Positions 22,901 through 36,407 of a stretch of DNA of 64,000 bases are shown here, piece by piece; position 1 is the first letter of the stretch, and each line of letters starts with the position of its first letter. Under the pieces are notes generated by a model that ran no database searches, was not told where the DNA came from, and saw nothing but the letters and a program-made list of their open reading frames with translations. The stretch is from positions 1 to 64,000 of the forward strand of contig JAUCBJ010006520.1 in assembly GCA_032718475.1 (NCBI GenBank), written 5' to 3'. Both the position numbers and the translations under genes were made by a program. This DNA comes from Nemertoderma westbladi. Its lineage: Eukaryota; Animalia; Xenacoelomorpha.

Positions 22901-24607
22901 CCAGTCCCTTGATCTACATCCCAGTCCCTTGATTTACATCCCAGTCCCTTGATCTACATCCCAGCCCCTTGATCTACATCCCAGTCCCTTGATCTACATC
23001 CCAGCCCTTTGATCTACATCCCAGTCCCTTGATCTACATCCCAGCCCTTTGATCTACATCCCAGTCCCTTGATCTACATCCCAGCCCTTTGATCTACATC
23101 CCAATCCCTTGATTTACATCCCAGTCCCTTGATCTACATCCAAGTCCCTTGATCTACATCCAAGTCCCTTGATCTACATCCCAGTCCCTTGATCTACATC
23201 CCAGCCCTTTGATCTACATCCCAGTCCCTTGATCTACATCCCAGCCCTTTGATCTACATCCCAATCCCTTGATTTACATCCCAGTCCCTTGATCTACATC
23301 CAAGTCCCTTGATCTACATCCAAGTCCCTTGATCTACAACCCAGTCCCTTGATCTACATCCCAGTCCCTTGATCTACATCCAAGTCCCTTGATCTACATC
23401 CCAGTCCCTTGATCTACATCCAAGTCCCTTGATCTACAACCCAGTCCCTTGATCTACATCCCAGTCCCTTGATCTACATCCAAGTCCCTTGATCTACATC
23501 CAAGTCCCTTGATCTACATGCCAGTCCCTTGATCTACATCCTTGTCCCTTGATCTACAACCCAGTCCCTTGATCTACATCCCAGTCCCTTGATCTACATC
23601 CCAGTCCCTTGATCTACATCCCAGTCCCTTGATCTACATCCCAGTCCCTTGATCTACATCCAAGTCCCTTGATCTACATCCCAGTCCCTTGATCTACATC
23701 CAAGTCCCTTGATCGACATCCCAGTCCCTTGATCTACATCCCAGTCCCTTGATTTACATCCCAGTCCCTTGATCTACATCCCAGCCCCTTGATCTACATC
23801 CCAGTCCCTTGATCTACATCCCAGTCCCTTGATTTACATCCCAGTCCCTTGATCTACATCCCAGCCCCTTGATCTACATCCCAGTCCCTTGATTTACATC
23901 CCAGTCCCTTGATCTACATCCCAGTCCATTGATCTACATCCCAGTCCCTTGATCTACATCCCAGCCCTTTGATCTACATCCCAATCCCTTGATTTACATC
24001 CCAGTCCCTTGATCTACATCCCAGTCCCTTGATCTACATCCCAGTCCCTTGATCTACATCCCAGTCCCTTGATTTACATCCCAGTCCCTTGATCTACATC
24101 CCAGTCCCTTGATCTACATCCCAGTCCCTTGATCTACATCCAAGTCCCTTGATCTACATCCCAGTCCCTTGATCTACATCCCAGTCCCTTGATTTACATC
24201 CCAGTCCCTTGATCTACATCCCAGTCCCTTGATCTACATCCCAGTCCCTTGATCTACAACCCAGTCCCTTGATCTACATCCCAGTCCCTTGATCTACATC
24301 CCAGTCCCTTGATCTACATCCCAGTCCCTTGATCTACATCCCAGTCCCTTGATATACAACCCAGTCCCTTGATCTACATCCCAGCCCCTTGATCTACATC
24401 CCGGTCCATTGATCTACAACCCAGTCCCTTGATCTACATCCCAGTCCCTTGATCTACATCCCGGTCCATTGATCTACAACCCAGTCCCTTGATCTACATC
24501 CCAGTCCCTTGATCTACATCCCAGTCCCTTGATCTACATCCCAGTCCCTTGATCTACATCCAAGTCCCTTGATCTACATCCCAGTCCCTTGATCTACATC
24601 CCAGTCC
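19956..24607. repeat. 20-bp minisatellite (GATCTACATCCCAGTCCCTT), ~232 copies
   Basis: Directly visible; three units per 60-nt line, staying in register throughout. Confidence 0.99.
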
Positions 24608-24701
24608 TATATATACCTATATATTAGTCATATAAGCTGAGACCTGTCACATCACCCAGTCCAAAATTATGAACTCGATTTCTGACAGGTGTTAGATACG
24701 A

Positions 24702-24861
24702 GAGACGCATCTTAAAGGACACTGTCCTTAAAGATGCGGATGATCTAGCAAATGTCATGGGTGATAGGGAGTTGTGGCGGTGCAATTTTGTCGATAAGCC
24801 GGCACAGCATTCTTAAAAATGCAGCTGCAATGCAGCATGCCGATCCTAGTAGTAGTAGTAG
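24702..24861 (+). mobile_element. 5'-truncated RTE-clade LINE 3' end with (TAG)n tail
   Basis: Peptide RILKDTVLKDADDLANVMGDRELWR resembles the RTE ORF C-terminus (DT.L…L…M.DR..WR), followed by TAGTAGTAGTAGTAG. The last 56 bp recur at 25409-25464. Confidence 0.55.
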
Positions 24862-24986
24862 CCCGCAATGTAGTACGCAATTACTGCCCGCAATGTAGTA
24901 CGCAATTATTGCCCACAATGTAGTACGCAATTACTGCCCGCAATGTAGTACGCAATTACTGCCCGCAATGTAGTACGCAATGACTG
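24861..24986. repeat. 25-bp tandem repeat (GCCCGCAATGTAGTACGCAATTACT) x5
   Basis: Directly visible. Confidence 0.9.
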
Positions 24987-25560
24987 AGAGAAATTCAAAT
25001 TCCAAAACGGGAAAAATAATATAACAAAGTTAAATTGAGTATTCATTCTCACTGTACATAAATAAAATAAACCGATGAATTGAACTGACCGGTGTTGCAG
25101 GCCTAGACCTTGTAGGTGGGTCTGCGGGAGAGAGGTTGGCCGACTTCACTTTTATATTGGTGGAATCCTCGGCAACAGATGGAAGTTGTTCGGCCCCAGG
25201 AGGTATCAGACTGGGGCTGCGGGATCGGAACGTGGTAGGCGGCTGTTGGGGTCGCAATAAAGGTGGTGGGGTTGCAACTACTGGCGCCTTTATGTCCTTT
25301 ACGTAGGGTTTCTCTCCTGGGAATAGAATATTCCAGATCGATTAATTTATTGTAAGCTACACTAATAATACAATAGGCATAGTTAAACAGTATTTGAATA
25401 TATTATATCACAGCATTCTTAAAAATGCAGCTGCAATGCAGCATGCCGATCCTAGTAGTAGTAGATACGATTCGTAATCATTATGTTTGGCACTATTTAA
25501 TTAATATTTTATTCATGATTTCTTAAATGGTAATCTTGCGTTGGTTGCATTATGATAGCT

Positions 25561-26251
25561 AAGGTTCATATAAATATTTAAAAATCAGTTTCTAGAATTT
25601 TATGTTGTTGTTGTTGCCAAGGATACCGGGTGCGAAACTCCAACGTTGCCCGGCTGTAATTCAAAATGGCGATGGTCTCTGAATTTAAGATTTAGTTAGT
25701 AGATGAGTAAAAGAGATGAAAAGCTATCAAAATATTTGAAAATTCAATTTGTTTACCTGCAATCCCGTTGCTATGGTAATAAGTACAATGAAAAAATTAA
25801 AGTATGACCTATCATTGAAAATTTTTTTTTTAATAATTTTCAACTGGCGGCACCTCAGTACAGTGGCCATGTGCAAAACATAATAACATAACCTGCTCTA
25901 TGATTGGATAGTTTTTATTATATGCACGTATTATTTTCCTGTACAACTGCGAGTTCTAATATAAAATCATTGATAATTATTGTCCAAATACAAAGTGTTA
26001 ATCAATATAATTTTAAGCAATAATTATATTAATCATCAATACCATGCCAGCGGAATTGCATAAATAAATTCAAATGTCTAACATTTTGACAGACCTTTAT
26101 GGCCCTTATTTTACCTACCAAATCGTAAGATCGGAGACCTTCGTGATCTTGAATTTATGCTAGTTTTAACCTTGCAACCATTTACTACCTTGGTATAACA
26201 ACAACACAAAAATTATAGAAACACATCTTAAAATATTTATATATACACCTT
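25561..26251. mobile_element. Old non-autonomous element with ~60-bp imperfect TIRs (AAGGT…ACCTT, Kolobok-like ends)
   Basis: AAGGTTCATATAAATATTTAAAA…TTTCTAGAATTTTATGTTGTTGTT…CCAAGG versus CCTTGG…AACAACAACACAAAAATTATAGAAA…AAAATATTTATATATACACCTT. Confidence 0.55.
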
Positions 26252-27877
26252 TGCTCTGATGACCCGTTTGACTCATAGTGACCATTTGTATAATCCTTTC
26301 AAAAAGTGTCTCGTAAAATTACCCCCTTGTAATACTTAGACAGTATCTCTATTATCAGTATCTATAATTTAAACACCCCCGTGTTTAAATTATGAAAAAA
26401 AATGGACCAATCCTTGTGGCTACCATTTTCAAAAGTTGGGTTCTTATGTGCAATAATGAGAAAAAAAACAAAAATATTGGTAGGGTGACAGCCGCACGTA
26501 CCACCACCCCTACCTCACCTTTACAATTAGAAGTATAATTAATAGGTCATGCCATGTCATGCGTATATCGATTTAAAACTTGAATATTGAATTGAGCCAG
26601 CATACACCACCTCTTTGTGCAGTAACTCGCGAACTACTGTAGTCACTCTACTACTAATTTGAAGGTGTCTAGCTAGACCCACTTTATCGATCGTTGTAAT
26701 TTCAATTGCAGTTGCGCAAGTACACATACGTCATAAACAAAAATCTTCCAGAATATAGTATTTTGTATTTATAAATAATGTATTTATTAAATAGAATAAA
26801 TGGCATCCAGTTAATAATAATTCTGGAAAGTTTTGAAAATCGATGTGAATAATTGCTGCGATTCCAATGATGCAATGACACCGGGATTCGGTGGCTTAAT
26901 GTGGCCACTTTAATATAAAAAAATAATTTCACTTTTTAAAGGTACAAGCTGACCGCGGCGCGGGCGAGCCTAGCTAAATGGGGATTTCTACAATGTTGCT
27001 AACTCTCGTTTATTGTTTTGGTTCCTTTCATTGAACCCGCCTCTGTAACGTGCTTCTTTACGGCGTTGACCTTGTACCTTTGGGAGATATTGACGATAGA
27101 TTCATAGATTGACCTATGGAATGTTCTCAATTAAGTGGGACTGTTTATGGCGTCATGAAAATTCTCAGAAGCGCCGCTAGGAGGCGTTAAATATCTCGTC
27201 AATAATTTTTAAAGGAACTTTTTTATAAGTTTTTAACAATAAATTATACATTATACTCTTGTAATACTGTATACTTGTATACATTATACAGTATAATACA
27301 ATAAATTATTTTCAATATAGTTACCATAGGCGCATGTGTAATAGATATTATTCACTTTGCCGATCTTTTTTTTGTGGAAACTTCTTATGTGCTTAGCTGG
27401 TGCTTTGTAATACTTTGCTTAGGTGGATATGACTAAGGTTCATCGAAATGTAATAAAATGTCTTCCTGGTTGTTGCGAAAGTAACCGGATGCAAAGTTCA
27501 AACTTTGCGCGTCTGTAGAGGCCTAATTCAAGACGACAATAAATTCAGTTCTTCAGATTTGGTAGGTGTGTAGAGGGAATACAAATATATCCAAATATTT
27601 AAAAATTTTAATTTATTTAGATTCATGTTGCAATGGTAATAAGTATAATTTTTTTTATTTTACTCAAATATTTGCTATACTTAATTAAACGTTACCATAA
27701 AATAAACAGTAATAGTTTATAAGGGTAAAACAATGAGAAATTGTAGCACCAGAATTAACCTAAAAACACAAAAAATTATAAAATACTGAAAAAAAAATTA
27801 TTTACGTAACCTAACTGAAATGTATAAATGGGTTAACCCTCTTTACCGCACCAGTAAATGGCTGTTACTGGACTCCG

Positions 27878-28471
27878 TCAATGGAAAGGGGAACATGGGA
27901 GCGCGGCGTAACACATGGCGGCGTTACCCCGCCACAGACAATCTGCCAGGCGCTGGAAGAGTTGCTGGGTTGTGTTGCCAGGGAGAAGGGCTCGACGGAG
28001 AGCCAGCAGCCGACCAACCTCCCGGATGATTGATATTGATTCTTGGTCCCAACCCCCCAGGGCTTCAACAACAAGTGGTGTGAACCCCACCCAGAGGCGC
28101 GGCATTCCTCGTCGTGCGCAGTCATCTTGCGTTCCCTCGCCACGGTGAGTGCGTGACCTGGGTGCACGGCAGAGCCATGGATGGTGAGGGCCTGGAGGCT
28201 CGAGATGACCTTAATATCTAAGGCCATTGGTTGGCCACTGATTGTCTGTCTGAGCTGTAGTGTAGACTGCATCCCGGAAAGAGTCGTGACGACTGATACG
28301 GTCGCCGGCACCATCACAACCCACATTATGGTCACCGAAGGAGTCGGAGACTGACTCACACACTGGACATGAGGTTTTCTCGGAAGACATACGGACACCT
28401 AGCCAATACTGTAGGTATGCCTGATACTCCCTGTCCAGTATGTGAAGGCCAAGTGACGTGGATGGGTTCAC
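27878..28471 (-). mobile_element. CRE-like non-LTR retrotransposon 3' fragment (CCHC knuckle + RLE endonuclease), frameshifted
   Basis: SLGLHILDREYQAYLQYWLG…CPVC…DSFGDHNVGC…RISRHDSFRD; ALDIKVISSLQ; ARERK; FTPLVVEALGGW…LFQRLADCLWRGNA. Split over three frames, with the RPAD segment deleted. Confidence 0.85.
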
Positions 28472-28962
28472 TAAATAAGTATAATGAAAAATTGTAATAA
28501 TAATTGCCTACCAATTCTATAAAGCAATTTTTATTCGGTTTGTCTTTGTAAATAAGAAGATAAATTGTTCGATATTTTATTTTATAAAGAGTCCATAAAC
28601 AAATCTGTCTATGTCCAATCATAGAGCACGACTTGTGATAGCATGATTTTTAAATTCCAGAATATTAAATTTCGGTTAACAATAAATTATTAGAGACAAT
28701 TAGGACAGCACCCAGGCATGTAAGTTGCGAATGATATAAATTGTAAATAGTATAGTAGTCTATTTTCCAACAGGGCATAAAGACAAATTTATCGTTATAC
28801 CCATCACCATGAAAAACGGGATTATAAACAAATTCAAGTATCAAATTTACTCACCTACTAAATATTATGATTATAACATTTCGTCGTCGTGAATTTTCAA
28901 AGTTTGAACTTTGCACCCGGTTAACCTTGACAATTTTATTACATTTCTATGAACCTTATAGT

Positions 28963-29846
28963 TAGTGCTGCGAACTGAAAGAAAATTTGACTTGTTTCGG
29001 TTTCAGTTTTAGTTTTAATAAACACGTTCATTATAGTTCTTGTTTCAGATCTAATAAACCTATTTATTTCAGTTCCAGTTCCTAAAAATATATAGTTTCA
29101 GTTCTATTTTCAGAAAGTTTTGTAAGTGTCTTGTTTACATACCGGTACATAACTAGCTGCCGTGGCCAATCCTGTGGTACCCGCCGATGGATCCGACTGC
29201 CATTTATTAAATTTTTAATGAAAATAACCAGAATTTTTAGCTGCAAAAAGGTAATTGTTAGGTTTACAATTACGTATTACTTTAAAATAAAATCTATATT
29301 TGAGTAATTACTGTAAATTCCGAAAGGTGCTAAAATGGGTGCCAGGAACTCCCCATCTCGAAAACTACTGGAGCTATTACAATTTTTATTTGCATCATCT
29401 GAAAGAGGACCTAATTTAGTTAGGGCCAAGTACTTTCGACGAGCTAGACTATACGTTTAGATATTTTGACTAAGATAGGTCTATTTAACTGCCCCACTAA
29501 ATTTATGAACTTTGCAGCGATTTGGCTGTTCGTATCTATAGTATTGGGTCTTGCAACACAATAAAGCAAATTACATTTATTTATTAAAGAATCGAAATAG
29601 TATTTATGAACACTAAAAACGCGAATTTAAAATTTGTTCTTATTCCCAATTTATAGATTATACTTTCAGTTTTAAATTTCTGGCAATTTAGTTCTAGTTC
29701 CAGTTCCAAGATCTCAAGTTTCAGTTCTAGTTTCAGTTTTAAAAAAATTAATGTTTCAGTTTTAAATTTCTGGCAATTTAGTTCCAGTTCCAGTATTCCA
29801 AGATCTCAAGTTTCAGTTCTAGTTTCAGTTTCAGTTCCCTGCACTA
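28963..29846. mobile_element. hAT-type MITE with 8-bp TSD
   Basis: TIRs TAGTGCTGCGAACTGA / TCAGTTCCCTGCACTA. Exact 8-bp TSD CTTATAGT at 28955-28962 and 29847-29854. Internal TTTCAG/TTCCAG arrays. Confidence 0.85.
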
Positions 29847-30413
29847 CTTATAGTCATAATATCCATCTAACCAAATTAGGAAGTTCCTAAAGAAATATTG
29901 TGGAAATAGTCGTAAATAAGAAAAAGTTATATAGTACACATTGATATTAATATAGTTCACATAGACTATCGTGTTGAGGAACGCACTACGACGTGTTTTA
30001 TGACAATATATTATGGCTCATGCGGCCGAGAATAATTTGAAATAAATACATAAAACATTAATTATATAATAGGTTTATAGTTAATTTTAGGCAACACCAA
30101 CAACACAATGTCAGAATTAAAGGTTCTTACATTATTATATTTGCAGATAACATAAGAGACAGATTTGATTGTACGAACTAATTTATAATTTGTACTACTA
30201 CTAATACAACATTTAATATAACAATAAAAATAAACGAAAAAAACTATACAAAAACGATTTTAACAAATAATAAAACATAGTTACTAACAGCACAATCACA
30301 CTTTTTTATAACCTACGTTTTTAGGTTATTAATTATTTACTGTAATTATCTTGAAGCTCTTGAGTAAGCAATAATTACGAATTATATTTATTAATTCATT
30401 AAGCCCGTTAAGT

Positions 30414-30842
30414 AAAAAACCTTAACGGTAGGTGTGTTAGTACCAAAGTTTGTAAAAAACTAAAAAGCAACGCTGACAGCAGCCCGCTGATCGGTAGGTT
30501 TCGCGCGCATTCTCAGGAGGCCAAGCCAGGAAATGTAGAGAAAAATTCACAAAGGGAGACATCCGAGTATTGAAATGAAGTTAAAGAGATCTGTAGGTAA
30601 CTAACCACTGGGAAGCAGCACCACAAACTTACGCCTATCACGTTTCTGCATGTTGAGCAGGCTTGCGTGTTTCAATGTAATACATTTCAAGCTTTTGCAA
30701 GACTGGCCGCAATGGGTGTCTAGCAATTACTTCAACTGGCTGCTGTCAGATGATCACTGATTGCATGCAACGTCTAGGTCTTGTTGCTTTTTAGTTTTTT
30801 TTTACATACTTTGGTACTAACACACCTACCGGTGAGGTTTTT
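30414..30842. mobile_element. MITE-like element with ~57-bp inverted repeats
   Basis: AAAAACCTTAACGGTAGGTGTGTTAGTACCAAAGTTTGTAAAAAACTAAAAAGCAA, with its reverse complement at 30783-30842. Confidence 0.7.
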
Positions 30843-30899
30843 AACCTACTGTAATTACGTTTTAATTATTTTGTTTTAGTAATTGTACAGTACATGGTT

Positions 30900-31160
30900 A
30901 CATCCTTATCGTTGAGTCGGACATTATAACGCTCTCGGAAAAGTTGTACGTAGTGTAAGTATTTATGTTTATATTGGTTTTAGGTTAGCGTAGTGTAATA
31001 TTGTATTTGTAACCAAGTAACATAAAGGACCCCCTTGGAAATAAGCTGCAAAGCTTTAGGGGTAATCCTATATGTTATGTTGGACAATACCTTTATACCG
31101 GTACATTGTTTGGTGTATTTGTTATGGTTTTTACATAATGTATAAATAAATCTATCTATA
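30900..31160 (+). mobile_element. L2/Crack-like LINE 3' end remnant
   Basis: Decayed peptide YR*VGHYNALGKVVRSV, a 3' stem region GGACCCCCTTGGAAATAAGC…GCTTTAGGGG, then AATAAA and a (TCTA)n tail. Confidence 0.4.
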
Positions 31161-31227
31161 ATCTACAGACATGGTATCGTAGTGACCAGATAATCAACAA
31201 TATAAGTAGTTGCTCTATTACCCCCAA

Positions 31228-34200
31228 TACCCTAACTACGGTAATGGCGGAGTAGGTTCATTACCCTAACTACGGTAATGGCGGAGTAGGTCCATTACCA
31301 TAACTACGGTAATGGAGTAGTAGGTTCATTACCCTAACTACGGTAATGGCGGAGTAGGTTCATTACCATAACTACGGTAATGGCGGAGTAGGTTCATTAC
31401 CATAACTACGGTAATGGCGGAGTAGGTTCATTACCCTAACTACGGTAATGGCGGAGTAGGTTCATTACCATAACTACGGTAATGGCGGAGTAGGTTCATT
31501 ACCATAACTACGGTAATGGCGGAGTAGGTCCATTACCATAACTACGGTAATGGCGGAGTAGGTTCATTACCATAACTACGGTAATGGCGGAGTAGTTCCA
31601 TTACCCTAACTACGGTAATGGCGGAGTAGGTTCATTACCATAACTACGGTAATGGCGGAGTAGGTTCATTACCATAACTACGGTAATGGCGGAGTAGGTT
31701 CATTACCCTAACTACGGTAATGGCGGAGTAGGTTCATTACCATAACTACGGTAATGGCGGAGTAGGTTCATTACCATAACTACGGTAATGGCGGAGTAGG
31801 TCCATTACCATAACTACGGTAATGGCGGAGTAGGTTCATTACCATAACTACGGTAATGGCGGAGTAGGTCCATTACCCTAACTACGGTAATGGCGGAGTA
31901 GGTTCATTACCATAACTACGGTAATGGCGGAGTAGGTCCATTACCATAACTACGGTAATGGCGGAGTAGGTTCATTACCATAACTACGGTAATGGCGGAG
32001 TAGGTTCATTACCCTAACTACGGTAATGGCTGAGTAGGTTCATTACCATAACTACGGTAATGGCTGAGTAGGTTCATTACCCTAACTACGGTAATGGCGG
32101 AGTAGGTTCATTACCATAACTACGGTAATGGCGGAGTAGGTCCATTACCCTAACTACGGTAATGGCGGAGTAGGTTCATTACCATAACTACGGTAATGGC
32201 GGAGTAGGTTCATTACCATAACTACGGTAATGGCGGAGTAGGTTCATTACCATAACTACGGTAATGGCGGAGTAGGTCCATTACCATAACTACGGTAATG
32301 GCGGAGTAGGTTCATTACCATAACTACGGTAATGGCGGAGTAGGTTCATTACCATAACTACGGTAATGGCGGAGTAGGTTCATTACCCTAACTACGGTAA
32401 TGGCGGAGTAGGTTCATTACCATAACTACGGTAATGGCGGAGTAGGTTCATTACCATAACTACGGTAATGGCGGAGTAGGTCCATTACCATAACTACGGT
32501 AATGGCGGAGTAGGTTCATTACCATAACTACGGTAATGGCGGAGTAGGTTCATTACCATAACTACGGTAATGGCGGAGTAGGTTCATTACCATAACTACG
32601 GTAATGGCGGAGTAGGTCCATTACCATAACTACGGTAATGGCGGAGTAGGTTCATTACCATAACTACGGTAATGGCGGAGTAGGTTCATTACCATAACTA
32701 CGGTAATGGCGGAGTAGGTCCATTACCATAACTACGGTAATGGCGGAGTAGGTTCATTACCATAACTACGGTAATGGCGGAGTAGGTTCATTACCCTAAC
32801 TACGGTAATGGCGGAGTAGGTTCATTACCATAACTACGGTAATGGCGGAGTAGGTTCATTACCATAACTACGGTAATGGCGGAGTAGGTTCATTACCCTA
32901 ACTACGGTAATGGCTGAGTAGGTTCATTACCATAACTACGGTAATGGCGGAGTAGGTTCATTACCCTAACTACGGTAATGGCGGAGTAGGTTCATTACCA
33001 TAACTACGGTAATGGCGGAGTAGGTTCATTACCATAACTACGGTAATGGCGGAGTAGGTCCATTACCCTAACTACGGTAATGGCGGAGTAGGTTCATTAC
33101 CATAACTACGGTAATGGCGGAGTAGGTTCATTACCATAACTACGGTAATGGCGGAGTAGGTCCATTACCATAACTACGGTAATGGCGGAGTAGGTTCATT
33201 ACCATAACTACGGTAATGGCGGAGTAGGTTCATTACCATAACTACGGTAATGGCGGAGTAGGTCCATTACCCTAACTACGGTAATGGCGGAGTAGGTTCA
33301 TTACCATAACTACGGTAATGGCGGAGTAGGTTCATTACCATAACTACGGTAATGGCGGAGTAGGTTCATTACCATAACTACGGTAATGGCGGAGTAGGTT
33401 CATTACCATAACTACGGTAATGGCGGAGTAGGTTCATTACCCTAACTACGGTAATGGCGGAGTAGGTCCATTACCATAACTACGGTAATGGCGGAGTAGG
33501 TTCATTACCCTAACTACGGTAATGGCGGAGTAGGTCCATTACCATAACTACGGTAATGGCGGAGTAGGTTCATTACCATAACTACGGTAATGGCGGAGTA
33601 GGTTCATTACCATAACTACGGTAATGGCGGAGTAGGTTCATTACCATAACTACGGTAATGGCGGAGTAGGTTCATTACCATAACTACGGTAATGGCGGAG
33701 TAGGTTCATTACCCTAACTACGGTAATGGCGGAGTAGGTCCATTACCATAACTACGGTAATGGCGGAGTAGGTTCATTACCCTAACTACGGTAATGGCGG
33801 AGTAGGTTCATTACCATAACTACGGTAATGGCGGAGTAGGTTCATTACCATAACTACGGTAATGGCGGAGTAGGTTCATTACCATAACTACGGTAATGGC
33901 GGAGTAGGTTCATTACCATAACTACGGTAATGGCGGAGTAGGTTCATTACCCTAACTACGGTAATGGCGGAGTAGGTCCATTACCATAACTACGGTAATG
34001 GCGGAGTAGGTTCATTACCCTAACTACGGTAATGGCGGAGTAGGTCCATTACCATAACTACGGTAATGGCGGAGTAGGTTCATTACCATAACTACGGTAA
34101 TGGCGGAGTAGGTTCATTACCCTAACTACGGTAATGGCGGAGTAGGTTCATTACCATAACTACGGTAATGGCGGAGTAGGTTCATTACCATAACTACGGT

Positions 34201-36407
34201 AATGGCGGAGTAGGTTCATTACCCTAACTACGGTAATGGCGGAGTAGGTTCATTACCATAACTACGGTAATGGCGGAGTAGGTTCATTACCCTAACTACG
34301 GTAATGGCGGAGTAGGTTCATTACCATAACTACGGTAATGGCGGAGTAGGTTCATTACCATAACTACGGTAATGGCGGAGTAGGTTCATTACCATAACTA
34401 CGGTAATGGCGGAGTAGGTCCATTACCCTAACTACGGTAATGGCGGAGTAGGTTCATTACCATAACTACGGTAATGGCGGAGTAGGTTCATTACCATAAC
34501 TACGGTAATGGCGGAGTAGGTCCATTACCATAACTACGGTAATGGCGGAGTAGGTTCATTACCATAACTACGGTAATGGCGGAGTAGGTTCATTACCCTA
34601 ACTACGGTAATGGCGGAGTAGGTTCATTACCATAACTACGGTAATGGCGGAGTAGGTTCATTACCATAACTACGGTAATGGCGGAGTAGGTTCATTACCC
34701 TAACTACGGTAATGGCTGAGTAGGTTCATTACCCTAATTACGGTAATGGCGGAGTAGGTTCATTACCCTAACTACGGTAATGGCGGAGTAGGTTCATTAC
34801 CATAACTACGGTAATGGCGGAGTAGGTTCATTACCCTAACTACGGTAATGGCGGAGTAGGTTCATTACCATAACTACGGTAATGGCGGAGTAGGTTCATT
34901 ACCATAACTACGGTAATGGCGGAGTAGGTTCATTACCCTAACTACGGTAATGGCTGAGTAGGTTCATTACCATAACTACGGTAATGGCTGAGTAGGTTCA
35001 TTACCATAACTACGGTAATGGCGGAGTAGGTCCATTACCCTAACTACGGTAATGGCGGAGTAGGTTCATTACCATAACTACGGTAATGGCGGAGTAGGTT
35101 CATTACCATAACTACGGTAATGGCGGAGTAGGTTCATTACCCTAACTACGGTAATGGCTGAGTAGGTTCATTACCATAACTACGGTAATGGCTGAGTAGG
35201 TTCATTACCATAACTACGGTAATGGCGGAGTAGGTCCATTACCCTAACTACGGTAATGGCGGAGTAGGTTCATTACCATAACTACGGTAATGGCTGAGTA
35301 GGTTCATTACCCTAACTACGGTAATGGCTGAGTAGGTTCATTACCATAACTACGGTAATGGCTGAGTAGGTTCATTACCATAACTACGGTAATGGCGGAG
35401 TAGGTTCATTACCCTAACTACGGTAATGGCTGAGTAGGTTCATTACCATAACTACGGTAATGGCGGAGTAGGTTCATTACCATAACTACGGTAATGGCGG
35501 AGTAGGTTCATTACCATAACTACGGTAATGCCGGAGTAGGTTCATTACCATAACTACGGTAATGGCGGAGTAGGTTCATTACCATAACTACGGTAATGCC
35601 GGAGTAGGTTCATTACCATAACTACGGTAATGGCGGAGTAGGTTCATTACCCTAACTACGGTAATGGCGGAGTAGGTTCATTACTATAACTACGGTGATG
35701 GCGGAGTAGGTCCATTACCATAACTACGGTAATGGCGGAGTAGGTTCATTACTCTAACTACGGTAATGGCGGAGTAGGTTCATTACTCTAACTACGGTAA
35801 TGGCGGAGTAGGTCCATTACCATAACTACGGTAATGGCGGAGTAGGTTCATTACCATAACTACGGTAATGGCGGAGTAGGTTCATTACCATAACTACGGT
35901 AATGGCGGAGTAGGTTCATTACCCTAACTACGGTAATGGCTGAGTAGGTTCATTACTCTAACTACGGTAATGGCGGAGTAGGTCCATTACCATAACTACG
36001 GTAATGGCGGAGTAGGTTCATTACTCTAACTACGGTAATGGCGGAGTAGGTTCATTACTCTAACTACGGTAATGGCGGAGTAGGTCCATTACCCTAACTA
36101 CGGTAATGGCGGAGTAGGTCCATTACCATAACTACGGTAATGGCGGAGTAGGTTCATTACTCTAACTACGGTAATGGCGGAGTAGGTCCATTACCCTAAC
36201 TACGGTAATGGCGGAGTAGGTCCATTACCCTAACTACGGTAATGGCGGAGTAGGTTCATTACCATAACTACGGTAATGGCGGAGTAGGTTCATTACCCTA
36301 ACTACGGTAATGGCGGAGTAGGTTCATTACCATAACTACGGTAATGGCGGAGTAGGTCCATTACCATAACTACGGTAATGGAGTAGTTTGTTTATTACCA
36401 TAACTAC
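31228..36407. repeat. 34-bp minisatellite (TAACTACGGTAATGGCGGAGTAGGTTCATTACCA), ~152 copies, internally palindromic
   Basis: Directly visible. Each unit has GGTAATG and CATTACC. Confidence 0.99.

Larger units (their letters stand above)
27421..29868. mobile_element. Related long-TIR element hosting a CRE-like LINE fragment and a hAT MITE
   Basis: The left arm AGGTGGATATGACTAAGGTTCATCGAAATGTAATAAAA…CCGGATGCAAAGTTCAAACTTTG is mirrored by 28898-28962 plus 29855-29868 once the hAT insert is removed. It shares blocks with the 25561 element. Confidence 0.55.

Noticed and set aside
31228-36407. CRISPR array (34-bp palindromic repeat)
   Set aside because: No unique spacers; units are head-to-tail. 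No cas genes, and the context is eukaryotic.
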